64,000 bases of DNA from the human T2T-CHM13v2.0 reference genome, Homo sapiens: the NCBI RefSeq assembly GCF_009914755.1, contig NC_060928.1; one strand, 5' to 3'. The translations under genes and the position numbers were made by a program. Positions 11,560-25,486 of this stretch are shown in pieces. The notes beneath the pieces are model-generated. The model saw only the letters and a program-made list of their open reading frames with translations. It had not been told where the DNA came from and searched no databases. Position 1 is the stretch's first letter. Every line of letters starts with the position of its first letter.

Positions 11560-13199
11560 CTTTGTGGTTTTATCTACTTTTGGTCTTTGATGATGGTGAT
11601 GTACAGATGGGTTTTTGGTGTGGATGTCCTTTCTGTTTGTTAGTTTTCCTTCTAACAGACAGGACCCTCAGCTGCAGGTTTGTTGGAGTTTGCTAGAGGT
11701 CCACTCCAGACCCTGTTTGCCTGGGTATCAGCAGCAGTGTCTCAGATGGAAATGCAGAAATCACCTGTCTTCTGTTTCACTCACGCTGGGAGCTGTAGAC
11801 CGGAGCTGTTCCTATACGGCCATCTTGGCTCCTCCCTGAATTAATTTAAAAACTTTTTTTTTTTGGTCTATATGCACATTCTACAGTTAGGTTGATTTTA
11901 ATTAAAAAACAAGCATCAAATATTAGACTATTAAAAAGATGATCCCTAGAAATAGGAACATATGCATAAAAATGTTACACACTACTTACAATCTTTTTAA
12001 AAAGTAAGCACTTTGAAAATTAGTGATTTTAATAATAAATTAAATTTTTAATGGCATTTATAGTTTACCGACAACTATAAGTTTTATGTCCTTGTTTAGA
12101 ATTTCATATCAGACACTCTCACCTGCTTGTTCCAGAATTACCTTAATTTAACCATCAGTAAATTTAAAATTATATCTATGGGCATTCTGGAACCAATCCC
12201 CACCTGGTAGAAATAGAGAGACAAGTATAACAAAGTTTATTATCAGCATCTATGATACTTCTACTGTTTTCTTGACTTTATTATATCTTGAATTTATCTA
12301 AAAATTTATCCAAGGGGTTATAGTTCTTCCTTTGTCACGCTAATGCTGAGACGTATTCCTTTGCCTTCCAGGCATTTTGCTTTCTGAGAATCAAAGGAAA
12401 GAAAAAGAAAAAAAGTATGAGAAAATGAACAGGCGAATCTAGATAAATGAATGAAGTGGAGGGAAAAGCAATTCAAAATAGTTTATTAAAGGCATGAAAG
12501 CTCAGACAAGACATTAAGCACTATCCCACCAGCCTCTTGTATTCTTCTAACTCTGTGTTTTGGAGTTCAGTGGCTACTGATTCTGTTTGAAGTAATGATG
12601 CCTAAAGCTGTAGAAGTTAGATTTTGGATGACTCTCACCTTTAGCACATGGAATTGCATAAATTACATTTTACTTTATTCTCTTTCTCCACCTCTTGAAC
12701 TTCAGGCTTATTTCTTAATTTCTTTTTTAATAATACCTTTGCAATTTCTATTTTCAGAGAGAGCTATGTGCATACATATTCAAGGTCAGTCTAGTTACCC
12801 TGATGTTATAAAACAGCTGATATTTTAGATTCTAGTAGAAAATAAAATCTTCTGAATTTGATTAGCAATTGATTAGCACCTTACTCCGGTTTGGATCTTT
12901 GAACATATACAGAAAGCCTTTGGGAATTATGGTAACTGAATTTATTAGGAAAGATCATGGTAAGAAAGAGTATTCTTGTAAAATCTGGCGTGTTATGAGG
13001 CATATATATATATAATTTAATCATGGAATATATTGTTATCTGGATGGAAACTATTTCCGAGAAGTTCATCATAAAAAAGATTAACCTGGAATTTATAGAG
13101 TGATGTTTTATTAAGAAAATGATCATTCAATTTTATACAATTCTCTGAAGACAAATATTGTTTTAAGACTCTATATTCTACACAAAAATTAATATTTTC

Positions 13200-13340
13200 A
13201 TGGTATGTTTGTGCTACCATAACAATATACCACATACTAGGTGATTTACAATTAATAGAAATTTATTTTTCACAGTTCTGGGGGCTGAAAAGTCCAAGAT
13301 CAGGGCACCAGCATTGGTGCTGAGCAGCAAGAGGGCAGAA
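13200..13340 (-). mobile_element. MaLR LTR fragment (MLT1/MST)
   Basis: aaatttattttt cacagttctggggg ctgaaaagtccaagatcagggcaccagca is an antisense MaLR motif. Confidence 0.65.
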
Positions 13341-13859
13341 AGTTTTTTAAAAATGCAATAGCGGCTCAGGCCATCCTCTTAAGACAACAGTTCTAGTACT
13401 CTGAACAAATAATGCCTTTGTCATTGCTGTTACTAACTCCATCATTGAAACAGTATTGCTAGGAAGCTGGAAATGAGATCACAGAGAAAATAAAATAAAC
13501 AGGATATATCCCCACTGTGAGTGTTAGAAGATTTATTTAATTCTTCTAAAGCAAGAATGAGAGCGTTTCTCCAGGAGCATTATATCTTTCTACTCTGATG
13601 CCACTCCCAAATTTTGGGTTGCATTGAGTTGAGGCCAGAGGTAATGGATGGAAAAAAATGGTAAACTCATCACTAACTCAGGGATATTTCAAATTCTCTT
13701 CTCCCTCCATAGTCAGCCTTTTAGTATTTAATTTTCAGTGTCCTCAAATCACCATTCCTTGCATTCTTTTCAGGTTTTATAGCTGCATTCATCAGGTGAG
13801 ACTTGGTAGAGTGTGTTTACTCCACTTTACTCAACACTAAAGCTTTACCCTGTCTATTT

Positions 13860-14478
13860 AATGTTGGAGTGTCCAGGATATCAATGTTTGATCTACTTCT
13901 CTCTTTACCCTCATTCCTCTAGGGAAGCCATTCAGTCTCATTGTTTTAAATAGCACTTTTTAAATATCAATAACACCATTTTTTTTACCTTCAGTTCAGA
14001 CCTGCCACATTTTATGTGCAACTATCTATTCAAAAACTTCCATTAGATATCTAATAGGCATCTTCAATATATGTCCAGTACTGAAATCTTGATCTTCCTT
14101 CCCATAGCTATGTCTTTTGCAGCCTTTAGTACCTCATTTGATAATAACCTCATCCTTTACATTTCTCAATCCGAAGAATATGAAATGAACTTTGCCTCCT
14201 CTCTTTCTTTCCAAGCTTTCTCAATTTTTCAGGAAATCCTCCTGGCTCTAACTTGACTATATATCCAAAATCTGGCCCTTTCATGTTACCCCTTATTGTT
14301 ATCACACTGGTCAGGAATATCAGCTCTTGCCTAAATTAAGGCAATAATCTGTATCCACTGCTAGAATTCAATCTACAAAAGGGCTATAATCTTAGTCTCT
14401 TTCTATAGTGATTTGAAACCATTGGAAACAGTACTTGGTACATATAAAATATTCAATAAATATTTGTGAATAAATGAC
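13860..14478 (+). mobile_element. L2 3' fragment
   Basis: atctaataggcatcttcaa motif and L2 terminus ...caataaatatttgtgaataaatga. Confidence 0.65.
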
Positions 14479-14492
14479 TGCATAACTAACAC

Positions 14493-14868
<376 letters not shown>

Positions 14869-16361
14869 TAGATGAGCAACATGGTAAACGGTTTCACAAT
14901 TTGTTTGCCGTATTCATCCTAGCTCATTGCTTATTCAATCAAACAAGATTGGTTAGCTGATCTCTTATAATCAATCTCTTCATACTGACTCAATACAAAC
15001 CCTAACATTATTGGTAGTCTATTCAGGGTCTCTCAGAGACTCCTGTGATTCAAGAGTTTAATTTAACTTCTATCTAGCACTGCTGTGCCCATTGGTATCA
15101 TCACAGTAGAGAATAAATGCAATTATTGGGGGAAAATTTACAGAATTTTTACAGGATTATTTTACAGTGCTACATGGACAATTTCAAGATAAGATATATT
15201 GGCCCACAGTAGGAGATGCTCTCCTGTTCATAAAAATTTTCATTAACATAAAACATTAATATAGTTGAAAGTTGTAATCAAATTCATCTAATTAGAGATG
15301 TTTCCTTAAAGTAATAAAACAAAATCAAGATATACAGAACACTAAACAATATTTTTGATAGATCCCACCTCTTATCAAGCAAGCAAACTATGAACATTTA
15401 AAAGTAAAACAGGTAAGACAACATATATTCAGAAAGCTAGTAGACAAATACGCCCTCACAGCTATCATCATTGGCCAAAACAAAGCTTTACCAAAAGGCA
15501 GACAATTCCAAATATTTCTGCTGTTATGAACCACAGACCTACTCACTTTCTTGGGCAGCTTATTTACCAATCCTGAGATAAATAAAAATTTACATCAGAC
15601 CATGAATTTACCCTGGCGGCTTGACATTCTGGTTGGTTGTCATTCCTCAAGTAACTGCTGCAAAGTACACCAAAGCAAACTAAGATGCCACAGCAAGGAC
15701 TCTCTCAATTACAATTTTAATTAAAAATAATGAGACAAAAATCACACTAAAACGAAATGGCCTATTAACCTGGTACATCGGACTGGCATTTGCCAATCAG
15801 TTACAAAACTACCCTATGGCAGGTCATTTAAAGACACCAATCTCAGGTTCCTCAAAGTTATACAAAATAATAACTATGCAGAAAAGTGATGAAAATTATA
15901 TAAATACTTTAAAACTGAAAGGAATTATAAAAGTATCGGACATGATGACAATGTAGAAACACACATATGTTATTGCACAAAGAAGTTGAACCATTGTAGT
16001 GAAATGACCAAAAGAGATCATGAGCTTGTTTCAAATAATAGAGTAGGTTTCACAAACCTACTCTGTCACTGGGTTCTAGTAGGGATTCTTTAGTGGCATC
16101 TTAAAGTATGAAGAATAGATAAGGTCAAAAAAATGAACTTCCATTTAAAATTAGCTTATATTCACAATGGCAGATCAAATGTTAAGTCATTTATATTTTA
16201 ATTCACTCATTGCTGGAAATCTTTGTTTTAAAGTTTAAACTATACGTTTATTCTGAAAAATCTCAGATTATGAGGACATTAAGTACACAAGGGTTTTCAA
16301 TCCAAGACATAAGACTTTTCCAAAGCTTTTGTGATTCTAGGAATTAAAACACAAGATACTG

Positions 16362-16873
16362 TGTGGAGATCAGCTCGGTTGGGGAGACCCTAACCCAGTG
16401 GTGCTAGAGGAATTAAAGACACACACACAGAAATATAAAGGTTTGAAGTGGGAAATCAGGGGTCTCACAGCCTTCAGAGCTGAGAGCCCCAAACAGAGAT
16501 TTACCCACATATTTATTAACAGCAAGCCAGTCATTAGCATTGTTTCTATAGATATTAAATTAACGAAAAGTATCCCTTATGGGAAACAAAGGAATGGACT
16601 GAGTTAAAGGAATAGGTTGGGCTAGTTAACTGCAGCAGGAGCATGTCCTTAAGGCACAGATCGCTCATGCTATTGTTTGTGGCTTAAGAACGCCTTTAAG
16701 CGGTTTTCTGCCCTGGGTGGCCAGGTGTTCCATGTCCTCATTCCGGTAAATCCACAACCTTCCAGCATGGGCTTTATGGTCATCATGAACATGTCACAGT
16801 GCTGCAGAGATTTTGTTTATGGCCAGTTTTGGGGCCACTTTATGTCCAGATTTTGGGGGGCTTGTTCCCAACA
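16362..16873 (-). mobile_element. Solo ERVK LTR, MER9-like (512 bp)
   Basis: Minus-strand start TGTTGGGAACAAGCCCCCCAAAATCTGG; 6-bp TSD ATACTG/ATACTA (16356-16361 / 16874-16879). Confidence 0.85.
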
Positions 16874-17093
16874 ATACTATTTATAAAAAAATTAAAATAT
16901 ACTCTTTGGCATACAATCACTTATAAATTAATCAGCCACAATTGGTAGTTATCAGTGGTGATTATAAACTTACAGAATATTATTGTTGAAAGTACCAAAT
17001 AACAAAAAAAACCTTCCTTCAGTACTGAATAGTTCTATTTTTTATGTAAAAAACTCTGTCATTTTAAACATGACATTTTAAAATCACTGATTT

Positions 17094-17164
17094 ATCGCTC
17101 CACTGCACTCCAGCCTGGGCAACAGAGCCAGACTCTGTCTCAAAAAATAAACTAAAAAGTAAAA
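17094..17164 (+). mobile_element. Severely 5'-truncated Alu
   Basis: Last ~48 nt of Alu plus an A-rich tail; perfect TSD TAAAATCACTGATTT (17079-17093 / 17165-17179). Confidence 0.92.
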
Positions 17165-17739
17165 TAAAATCACTGATTTTACAAAGATTGCAATAGAAGG
17201 CCAATTATTGTGATTTTTAACATAAAAAATAGATTCCTTTTTCAGGAAAAAGATGGGAAAATAGTAAATTGCTAAAATTATCAACTGGGCAGATGTTTGT
17301 GAAAATTATTAATAAATGAAAAAAGCTATCATCCTTTAATATATTTATTTCTATTATGCCTTTAATTTTTTATGCCTCATGTTTTCTATGAAATATTCAG
17401 CTCACAGTCCCTATGGAAATCCCAGAAGCAAAGAAAATATAGTATGAGGTCATCCACTCCAGGGACCCGCCCAACTCATTTGAATCATAGTTTTAAAAAA
17501 CTTGGCATTTGAGCTTGAGAAATAAATTAGTATAGTCTCAGATAATTGTCATGTTTCTGAATTTATTTATTCATAAATAAAAAATGAGAACATTATCTCT
17601 AAAGTTCTTTTTAATCCCCAAATCTAATAATTTTGCTGACATAATTAACTATTTCAGACATACAGTAATATAATGGTCTCACCATCTCTCAGTTACTTAA
17701 AATGGATTTACTTGCAAAACTTTTTGAAGTAGAAACTAT

Positions 17740-17850
17740 TTTATCCCAATTTCAGTTTTACACATATGGAAACTGACACAAACGTGATTTAAAACGCATC
17801 CAAGATTACAATGGCAGGACTAGGATATGAACCCAGAGAAACGATCTCAA
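17740..17850. mobile_element. MIR fragment
   Basis: Core-like ttttacacatatggaaactgacac...ggatatgaacccag. Confidence 0.55.
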
Positions 17851-18049
17851 AAATATGCATTTTCCTTCTATCTTTGATTTTGTTTAATCTGACTTTTAAA
17901 ATTGACATATTATTATATAAAATGTACATAAAATTAAGTTTATAGACTCATGTACAGGTTCATGAGTTTTGACAACTGTATGAACTCATATAACCACTAC
18001 ACCAATAAAGATACAGAGTATCAGGAAGTTTTGTTAACAGTTTATGAAG

Positions 18050-18275
18050 AAAGGGATATCAGTGCTCAGCCCACAGGTAACTGAATCCTGCCAACGACTG
18101 TGTAAGTGCGCTACCAAGCAGATCCTTCCAATGTTACAGATCTGGAGCCAGATGATCTAGATAATCTAGACTAGCTGTACTCAGATTGCTGACCAACTGA
18201 GGCTGAGATTACAAAGTAGTTTTAAGTCACTATATGTTTGGGTAATTTGGCAGGCAGCAATTGATAACGAATACC
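18050..18275 (+). mobile_element. MLT1-type LTR 3' part
   Basis: tttaagtcactatatgtttgggtaatttggcaggcagcaattgataacgaatac resembles an MLT1 terminus. Confidence 0.6.
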
Positions 18276-20790
18276 ATGATAACAGGCTCGTCATAAGATT
18301 TGCAATTGATCTGGAATACTTGGGGCAAGGCCCAAAGATTCTTTTCTCTGGGTTGAATGCTATCCAAAAGTGAGGGAAACTCTATGACTGGATGTCTTAA
18401 AGGTGTTTACCTGAAAGGCAGAAAGGACAAAGTGGTGTTAAAGGTCAAGTGGCAAAAAATCAGTGGTCACTTAAGTTAGCAATGAGAGGGACAAAATAGA
18501 TTATGGTTTGGGTGATTTTCTTGTTTCAGTTTCTGCCCATACATAATTCTGGAGTGGAGTTGCTTTGGCCTTGTTCTATTACGGTCGTGTTTCTGATGTG
18601 GTGTATTTTGAAATTGTTTATATTCTGCTAGAGACAATCTCACACCGCCGACCAGCTAGCTCCAAGCTGCAACAGTCAGGGGTTGCTTTCCTCTTTGCTG
18701 GTACTAAATATGCTCTGGACAGTCTTGTACAGTCTTTCTTTGGACCTGTGAGTTCGTTTGTCTTGAGTAATATCTAGGAGTTAAATTGTTATAATCTAGG
18801 ATTTATGGAGCATTACCAAATTGTATTTATATTAGTAATGTATGAGAATTCCAGTTGCACCACTTCTTGAACATATCCTGCTGTCACTTTTTTAAAGTTT
18901 TAGGTATTCTAATGATGTCAAGTAGCATCTATCGTGGATTTATGTTTAATTTATCTTATAATTAATGATTTTAAGTACTTTTCAGGTGCCTATTAGCCAT
19001 TTGCACATCTTATTGGTTAAGTTTCTTTTCAACTGTATTGGATTTTCTTTTCCTTATTGATTTAAATAAATTATACATTCTGGATATATTTCCTTTGCCA
19101 TTTGTCAAATATATGTATCACAAATACTTTCTTCTAGTCTGTGTCTTTTGTTTTCATTTATTTACATTTCGATAAGCTGATAAAATCAAAATTTTAATTT
19201 TGATAAAATCCAATTCATCAGTGACTCATTTTAGAGTTTGGGCTTTTACAACATGTCTAAAGATTTTTGCCTCTACTAAAGTATTCCACTAAGGTATTTC
19301 CTTCTAGAAGCTTAATAATTTTAGCATTGATAATTAGTTCTATGATCCATTTTACATTAATTTTTGTGCATGATGTGAGGTAGTAGAGTCAATGTTTATC
19401 CCCCTCACTCTTCCCTCAACCCCCTACAGTGGATATCTGGTTGTTTCTTAACTATTTGCTAAAAATATTTTCCATTGGGTTGCTTTGGAACCTTTGTCAA
19501 TAGTCCCTCGACTGTGCATGTCTAAGTCTATTATCATATCTTTTATCCTGTTGAATTGCCATATTTGTCTGTAGTTAATCCAAAATTACGTTGCTTCCAT
19601 TACTAGAGCTTTCCAATAAGTCTTAAAATAAAGTGCTGTAAATGTTCCAACTTTACTTTTTGTTTCAAGAGTGTAATGACAATTATAAGCCCAGTGCATT
19701 TCTATATATATTTTAGAACTAGTTTCAAATTTTCTGCTCAAAAATCTGCTGGAAATTTGAATGAGTTGTTTTTCAATCTATAGATCAATTTTGTGAAAAT
19801 TGACTTATTAAAAACATTGACCCATCTTGTTCTTGAACATGGTATATGACTTCATTTGTGTAGGCCTTTTTAACTTTCTCCCTACAATGTTCTGAGGTTT
19901 TACTAAAGAAATAACACATTTTATTAAATGTATTCTTAAGTATTTTATATTTTGTGATGCTAAGATATAATTATTTAAATTTTATTTCCAACGTCTCTAG
20001 TAGGTGTATAGAAATGCAGTAGACATTTTAACATTAACTTATGACATTGCTAAACTTGCTTATTAGTTATAGTAGGGCATTTTCATATATTTATAAGGAT
20101 TTTCTATGTTAGTATGTCATATATAAATAAAACCATTTTATTCATTTTTGTGCTGATCCATGTGTGTTGTATTTCTTTTTCTTGCCATATTGCAATAAAT
20201 GAGAACCCCTAAGAGGTATGATGTTCAACAGAATTCATGGGAGAATACTTTCTTAACTCATTTCCAGAATTTGATCTATCAAGGAAAATGTTCCACATGC
20301 AATTAAAATGAGTATAGTGTTGTTCAATGTGTAGTTATTATGTTTTATAAATGTCAGTTAAGTCCACTTAATTGATAGCATTGTAACCTTCCATTAGGCT
20401 CAGTGATTTATTTTCTGCTTTTTCTATTCACTACTCAGAACTGTGTGCTGTAATATTTGTCTGTGTTTGTGAATTTTTCTATTTTTCTCTTTAGTTTTAT
20501 AAATATAGTTTCATCTATCTGAAGACCTGTTATTAGATGCATACACATTTACACATTGAAAGTGTTCTTTTAAAAATGACTTATCATTAGAAAATATTTC
20601 TCTGTGTCTCTGGTAATATTTATTGGTTTGAAGTCTACCGTTCTGATATCAATATAGTAGCATCAGCCTTCTTATGTGTGTTTTCATTTTGCATCTCTTG
20701 TAAGCAGGATAAAACTGAGTTTTGCTCTTCATTAGTGTAACAACTTCTGTTTTTAAATTGGAATCGAGAATTCCTTTCCTACTTTTTATC

Positions 20791-21096
20791 TTTTTTTTTT
20801 TTTTTTTTTTTTTTGAGACAGGGTCTTGCTCTGTCACCTAGGCTGGAGTTCAGCGGCCCAATCTCTGCTTACTGCAACCACTACCTCCCGGGTTCAAGCC
20901 ATTCTCCCACCTCAGCTTCCTGAGTAGTTGTAACTACAGGCGCATACCACCATGTCCAGCTAATTTTTATATTTTTTGTAGAGATGGGGTTTCCACTGTG
21001 TTGCCCAGGCTGGCCTCCAAACTTCTGAGCTCCAGCAATCCGCTGCTTCAGCCTCTTAAAGTGCTGGGACTACAGGCATGAGCCACTGCACCTGGC
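20791..21096 (-). mobile_element. Alu (AluJ-type)
   Basis: Long T-run followed by both Alu arms. Confidence 0.92.
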
Positions 21097-21161
21097 AGGC
21101 AGAGAGTCCCTTTATTTTAATGTAAATATTGATCAGCTTGGACTTAAATCTACCATCTTAT

Positions 21162-21741
21162 TGAAGCGGCTACCTTGTCTGGGGTAAATACCTGAGGTTT
21201 GTCGTCTCATTTCAAGAAAATTTAAGACATGGGCACACACAAGGAGTTTAGGAGTAGAGGCTTAATAGGCAAAGAGAGAGAAAGAAAGAAAAAGGAAGAC
21301 AGCTCTCTCTTTAGTGAGAGAGGGGACTTCCGAGAAGAAAAGGCTCCCCCCGCATTGGGGGGATGCGCCAGATTTCATGGTCAGGCATAAGGAGGTGGTG
21401 TCTGATTTACACAGAGCTCAAAGATTGGTTCGATCAGGTATGACCTTTACATAGTGCCAGGAAGGCTGGCCTCCCCACGCCAATCTTATTATGCAAATGA
21501 ACTTTCCCCTTGGCCGGCTGCCATCTTGTCTGTTCCTTACTGTACCCGTGGCTGACAAAGAGAAGGGAAGATGGAGCCTCATGCAACTGCCAGCATCTAT
21601 GTCTGCAGTTCGATTTTACAGGCTGCTCTTTGTTAGAAAGAAAAATAATTTGGGGCTGCTTTTCAATAAAAGGAAAACCTTACTGAGGACTTCCTTACCC
21701 TAACTATCTGCCTAAGTAATTTCTTCTTAACTCCTGTATCA
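21162..21741 (-). mobile_element. Solo ERV1 LTR (MER61/LTR9-like, 580 bp)
   Basis: Minus-strand start TGATACAGGAGTTAAGAAGAAATTACTTAGGCAGATAG, TG...CA termini, 4-bp TSD TTAT. Confidence 0.75.
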
Positions 21742-22562
21742 TTATCATGTATCTAACTTCCTTTTGTCCGCTAGCTCTTCAGACTATGCCTCTTCTTTCT
21801 ATTTGAGCTTAGTATTTTTAGTAATTTCTTGTAAATTTACCTTGTTTTTCCAGGTATTCTTTGTATTTACTTACTCTGTCAGTTAAAATACATACACTCA
21901 ATGTATTACAGTCTATCTTGAGTTCACACAATACCACCTCTATGTATATTGTAAGAACCTTACAAACCTTACAAAAATATTATGTAGTTTACATTTCATC
22001 TTGTTATATATAACAACCTACTGTTGATATACCTATCTGTGTACATACACACATATATTCAGTAAACTATATTGCTATTATTTTTGCACTGAACAATTTA
22101 ATTTCAAATAATTTAAGAACAAAAAAGTAAATCTTTTTTTTTGTTCACCCACATATGGACACTTTCCAGAAGAATTTAATTACAAGAGAAGATGAAATCT
22201 TTTATAGCAGATCAATGTTCTTGCTGAGAACAGACATGATAACTGCGTGAATAGCATAATCATGTTTAAAGTGACATTGGAGATCTGTGAAAGCAGTGAT
22301 GATTAGGAGAATTACAATTCTAGAGAAGGCAGAACATTCTAAATTTGACCTGAAAATCTGTAAGTGTGTTTTCACTGAAGAAATTTGCTAACTCTAAACA
22401 CAGTTAAAAGGCTGAAGGCATGGCTTGGTCTAAGCAGAGGCCCATTGCTGTATAATAAATACACGTGCAAATTTTGGTTTGTTATGCAAAACTGGAGAGA
22501 CAAAATTGGATAATTGAATTCCTCATGTACAAAGCTAGATCTCCCCTCTTTAAAAAAAAAAA

Positions 22563-22810
22563 GTATTTCCATAGGTTTTTGGGAGCAGGTGGTATTTGTT
22601 TACATGAGTAAGTTCTTTGGTGGTGATTTGTGAGATTTTGATGCACCCATCACCTGAGCAGTATGCACTGAAGCCAATTTGTAGTCTTTTATCCTTCACC
22701 CCACTCTCATCCTTTCCCCTGAGTCTTCAAAGTCCATTGTATCATTCTTATGCTTTTGCATCCTCATAGCTTAGGTACCACTTATGAGTGAGAATATATG
22801 ACGTTTGGTT
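22563..22810 (-). mobile_element. L1PB-type 3' UTR fragment
   Basis: ggtggtatttgtttacatgagtaagttctttggtggtgatttgtgagattttgatgcacccatcacc matches the L1PB 3' end. Confidence 0.75.
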
Positions 22811-23166
22811 ACTAAATTCCAATGCTGAGCTCTATAGGAGACTAAAGAAACAAGTGAAAATTTTTTGAAAAAAAGAGGCTTGGTTTCTTAAAGTTGATGA
22901 ACTGAAACCATCACCTGTTCAGTTGAAATCTTTACAGGCCACATTTTAGTGACATGAATCGAAAATATGCACAGATAAGAGCCTTCGAGATACATGGGAC
23001 ACAGTGGAAAAGTTTAATGTATAAAATTGAAGTTCTAGAAAGAGAAAAGAGGAAATAGGACTAAGAAAAATTCAAAAAGATAACTGAATTTTCCAAACTT
23101 AAGCCAGTATATGAATTTACTAATTCAGGAATCTTTGCAAACACTGATCAGACTTAAATATAATTT

Positions 23167-23490
23167 GGCCGGGTGCAGTGGCTGACACCTGTAATCTCAG
23201 CACTTTGGGAGGCCAAGGCGGGCGGATCACGAGATCAGGAGTTCGAGACCAGCCTGGACAACATAGTGAAACCCCATCTCTACTAAAAATACAAAAAAAT
23301 TAGCTGGGAGTGGTGGCGGGCATCTGTAATCCCAGATACTCGGGAGGCTGAGGCAGGAGAATCAATCGCCTGAACCCGGGAGGCAGAGGTTGCAGTGAGC
23401 CGAGACAGTGCCATTGCACCCCAGCCCAGGTGACAGTGTGAGACTACGTCTCAAAAAAAAAGAAAAAAAAAAGAAAACCACAACAACAAA
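23167..23490 (+). mobile_element. Alu (AluS-type)
   Basis: Full GGCCGGG... dimer with A-rich tail. Confidence 0.95.
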
Positions 23491-25078
23491 AATATATATA
23501 TATATAATTTAAGAACATACAGTGTTATATCATAGTCAATATGCTGAAAATAAATGAGAAAAAAATCTTGAACCAAACCAGCAAGAATAAACACATTTAT
23601 TTCAAACAAGTGACAATGAAGACCACAAGAAAACAATGAAAGCCAGAAGAAAATGGAATAACATTTTTAAAATGACAATGTAAAATAGAGTAAGTCAATG
23701 AAAATATCCTGTAAAAAATAAAGATGTTTACAGTAAAACAATAACTGAGAGAACATTTCCTAAGCAGGTCAAAGGAAAATAAATACTCAATGTAGTTCTG
23801 TAGGAAGAAGTGAATTACATACTTGGTGATGCGGACTTATGAAGAGGAATGAAGAGCACGATTAAGACTAAAAAGTGGGAAAGCAGTAAAGGAAGCTAAA
23901 GTGTCCTTAATTTCTACTATGATTGTGAAAGGACTAAGAGTAATTTTCTTATTCGACTGTGATAATCTAGGATGCAAATTATAGTTACTAAAATAACAAT
24001 GAAAAACTAGTAAAAATATGTACTTAAGAAGTTAATACCAGAAAATTTCTTTAAAAATGAATTAATCCAAGGGAAAATGACAGGGAAGAAGACAAAAAAC
24101 AAAGAGCTAATAGAAAACAGTCAGTAGATTATAGATATACACCCAACTATATCACATGAAATTAAATTGATTACACATTTTTTGTAAAAGACTAAGATTG
24201 TCAGACTGGAAAAAATATGTTGATTACTTTAGACACTCATCAAAACTCAAACAGAAATTTGATGGTAGGAATAGAGTATAAATAGTGCTATACTAACTTT
24301 AACCAAAAGAAAAGTGGTATAGCTGCCACAACAAAATAATTTACAATCTTTTCAAGTTCACTTGAAACGTTTACCAATATTGATTATATGTTGGGCCAAA
24401 AGAATGTCTCAACATATTTCCAAAGATGAAAATCATGCAGAGTATTTTCACTGACCATGGTTAAATTAAGCTAAAAATTAATAAAATAAGTAATTATAAA
24501 TGTCCCCCACTGCTTAGAAATTAAATACTGCATTTTTAAACCATTATTCAAATAAAAAATCACAATGAGTATTAAGCAACATTTTAAATGGAAAGATACA
24601 AAGATACACTACATTAAAACCGGTAGGGTGCTGCAGAAATAGTGTTCAAAGGAAAATTCATAGAAAAGAAAAGAACTGAATGTTAAAGATTTGGGTCAAA
24701 GAAACCATTCGAAGAACAGCAAATTAAACGCAAAGTGGAAGGGAGGAATGAATAAAAATAAGAGCATAAATAAATGAAATAGAAAGCAACGTGCAATAAA
24801 GGAAATCAACAAAGTCAAATACTGGATCTTTAAAAACAACTAGCATAAATGATAGATCACTGGCAAAATTAAACGAGAAAGTAAAAGAAAAGACCACAAA
24901 TAACCAAACCAGAATGTAAAGGATTCATGTTTGTAGAACCTACAAGCAAAAAAAAAAAAAAAAAAACCACAGGAGATATTACAAAAACATTACACAAAAA
25001 TATTTGCTAATGTATATAAACTCCTCCAAAAACATACATTACTGAAATGACAGAAGAAGGGATAGCAAAACATGAATT

Positions 25079-25486
25079 TTGGCAGTATGGAGATGTACTG
25101 CTTTGATTTCGCATTAAGGAAACCCTTGCCATTTGGCAGCAAGTAATGTAGTAAGCAATCTAGCTGATAGCAACTTAAGTATCCATTTCACCTTGGAGAA
25201 TGAGACCATACTCTTCTCAGGCAGCCCCAGTCAATAAGTGAGCACAACAGGGGTAGAGCCTAGACTCTTCTTCCAAATGTGGAACTCTTCTAAGAGGCAA
25301 TTTTTCATTGGAGTAGCCATTAGGTTGGCTGAGACTGTCATATTTGCATCAAGACCTCAAGGCTCTCCCTCATCAATCTTGTTTTTTCTCCATTTTATGT
25401 TTCATAGGCATTAATTCCTGAATGGATTAACTCTCACATTCCTAAGTCTACATCAGAAATATCTTCTGTAGAACACAACTAACACG
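25079..25486 (+). mobile_element. ERVL LTR (LTR16-like) inserted in the old L1
   Basis: Higher-GC block interrupting the L1; contains ggcagccccagtcaat and an LTR16-like end. Confidence 0.5.

Larger units (their letters stand above)
6388..11836 (-). mobile_element. L1PA element with intact 5' terminus but shortened 5' UTR (~5.45 kb)
   Basis: 5' end GGGAGGAGCCAAGATGGCC at 11836; ORF1 and ORF2 fragments in the ORF track; 3' UTR and T-run at ~6388. Confidence 0.97.
17890..22130 (-). mobile_element. Fragmented ancient L1 (L1M-type), antisense
   Basis: T-rich degenerate ORF2-like sequence (e.g. aatctatagatcaattttgtgaaaattgac), interrupted by Alu and LTR insertions. Confidence 0.65.

Noticed and set aside
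6421-11839. Retrotransposition-competent L1, or novel plus-strand genes
   Set aside because: ORF1 and ORF2 carry stops and frameshifts; the plus-strand ORFs are the usual L1 antisense frames.
6370-11865. TSD for the L1PA element
   Set aside because: The flanks share only low-complexity T/A runs (tttaaaaa..tttt), not enough to call a duplication.
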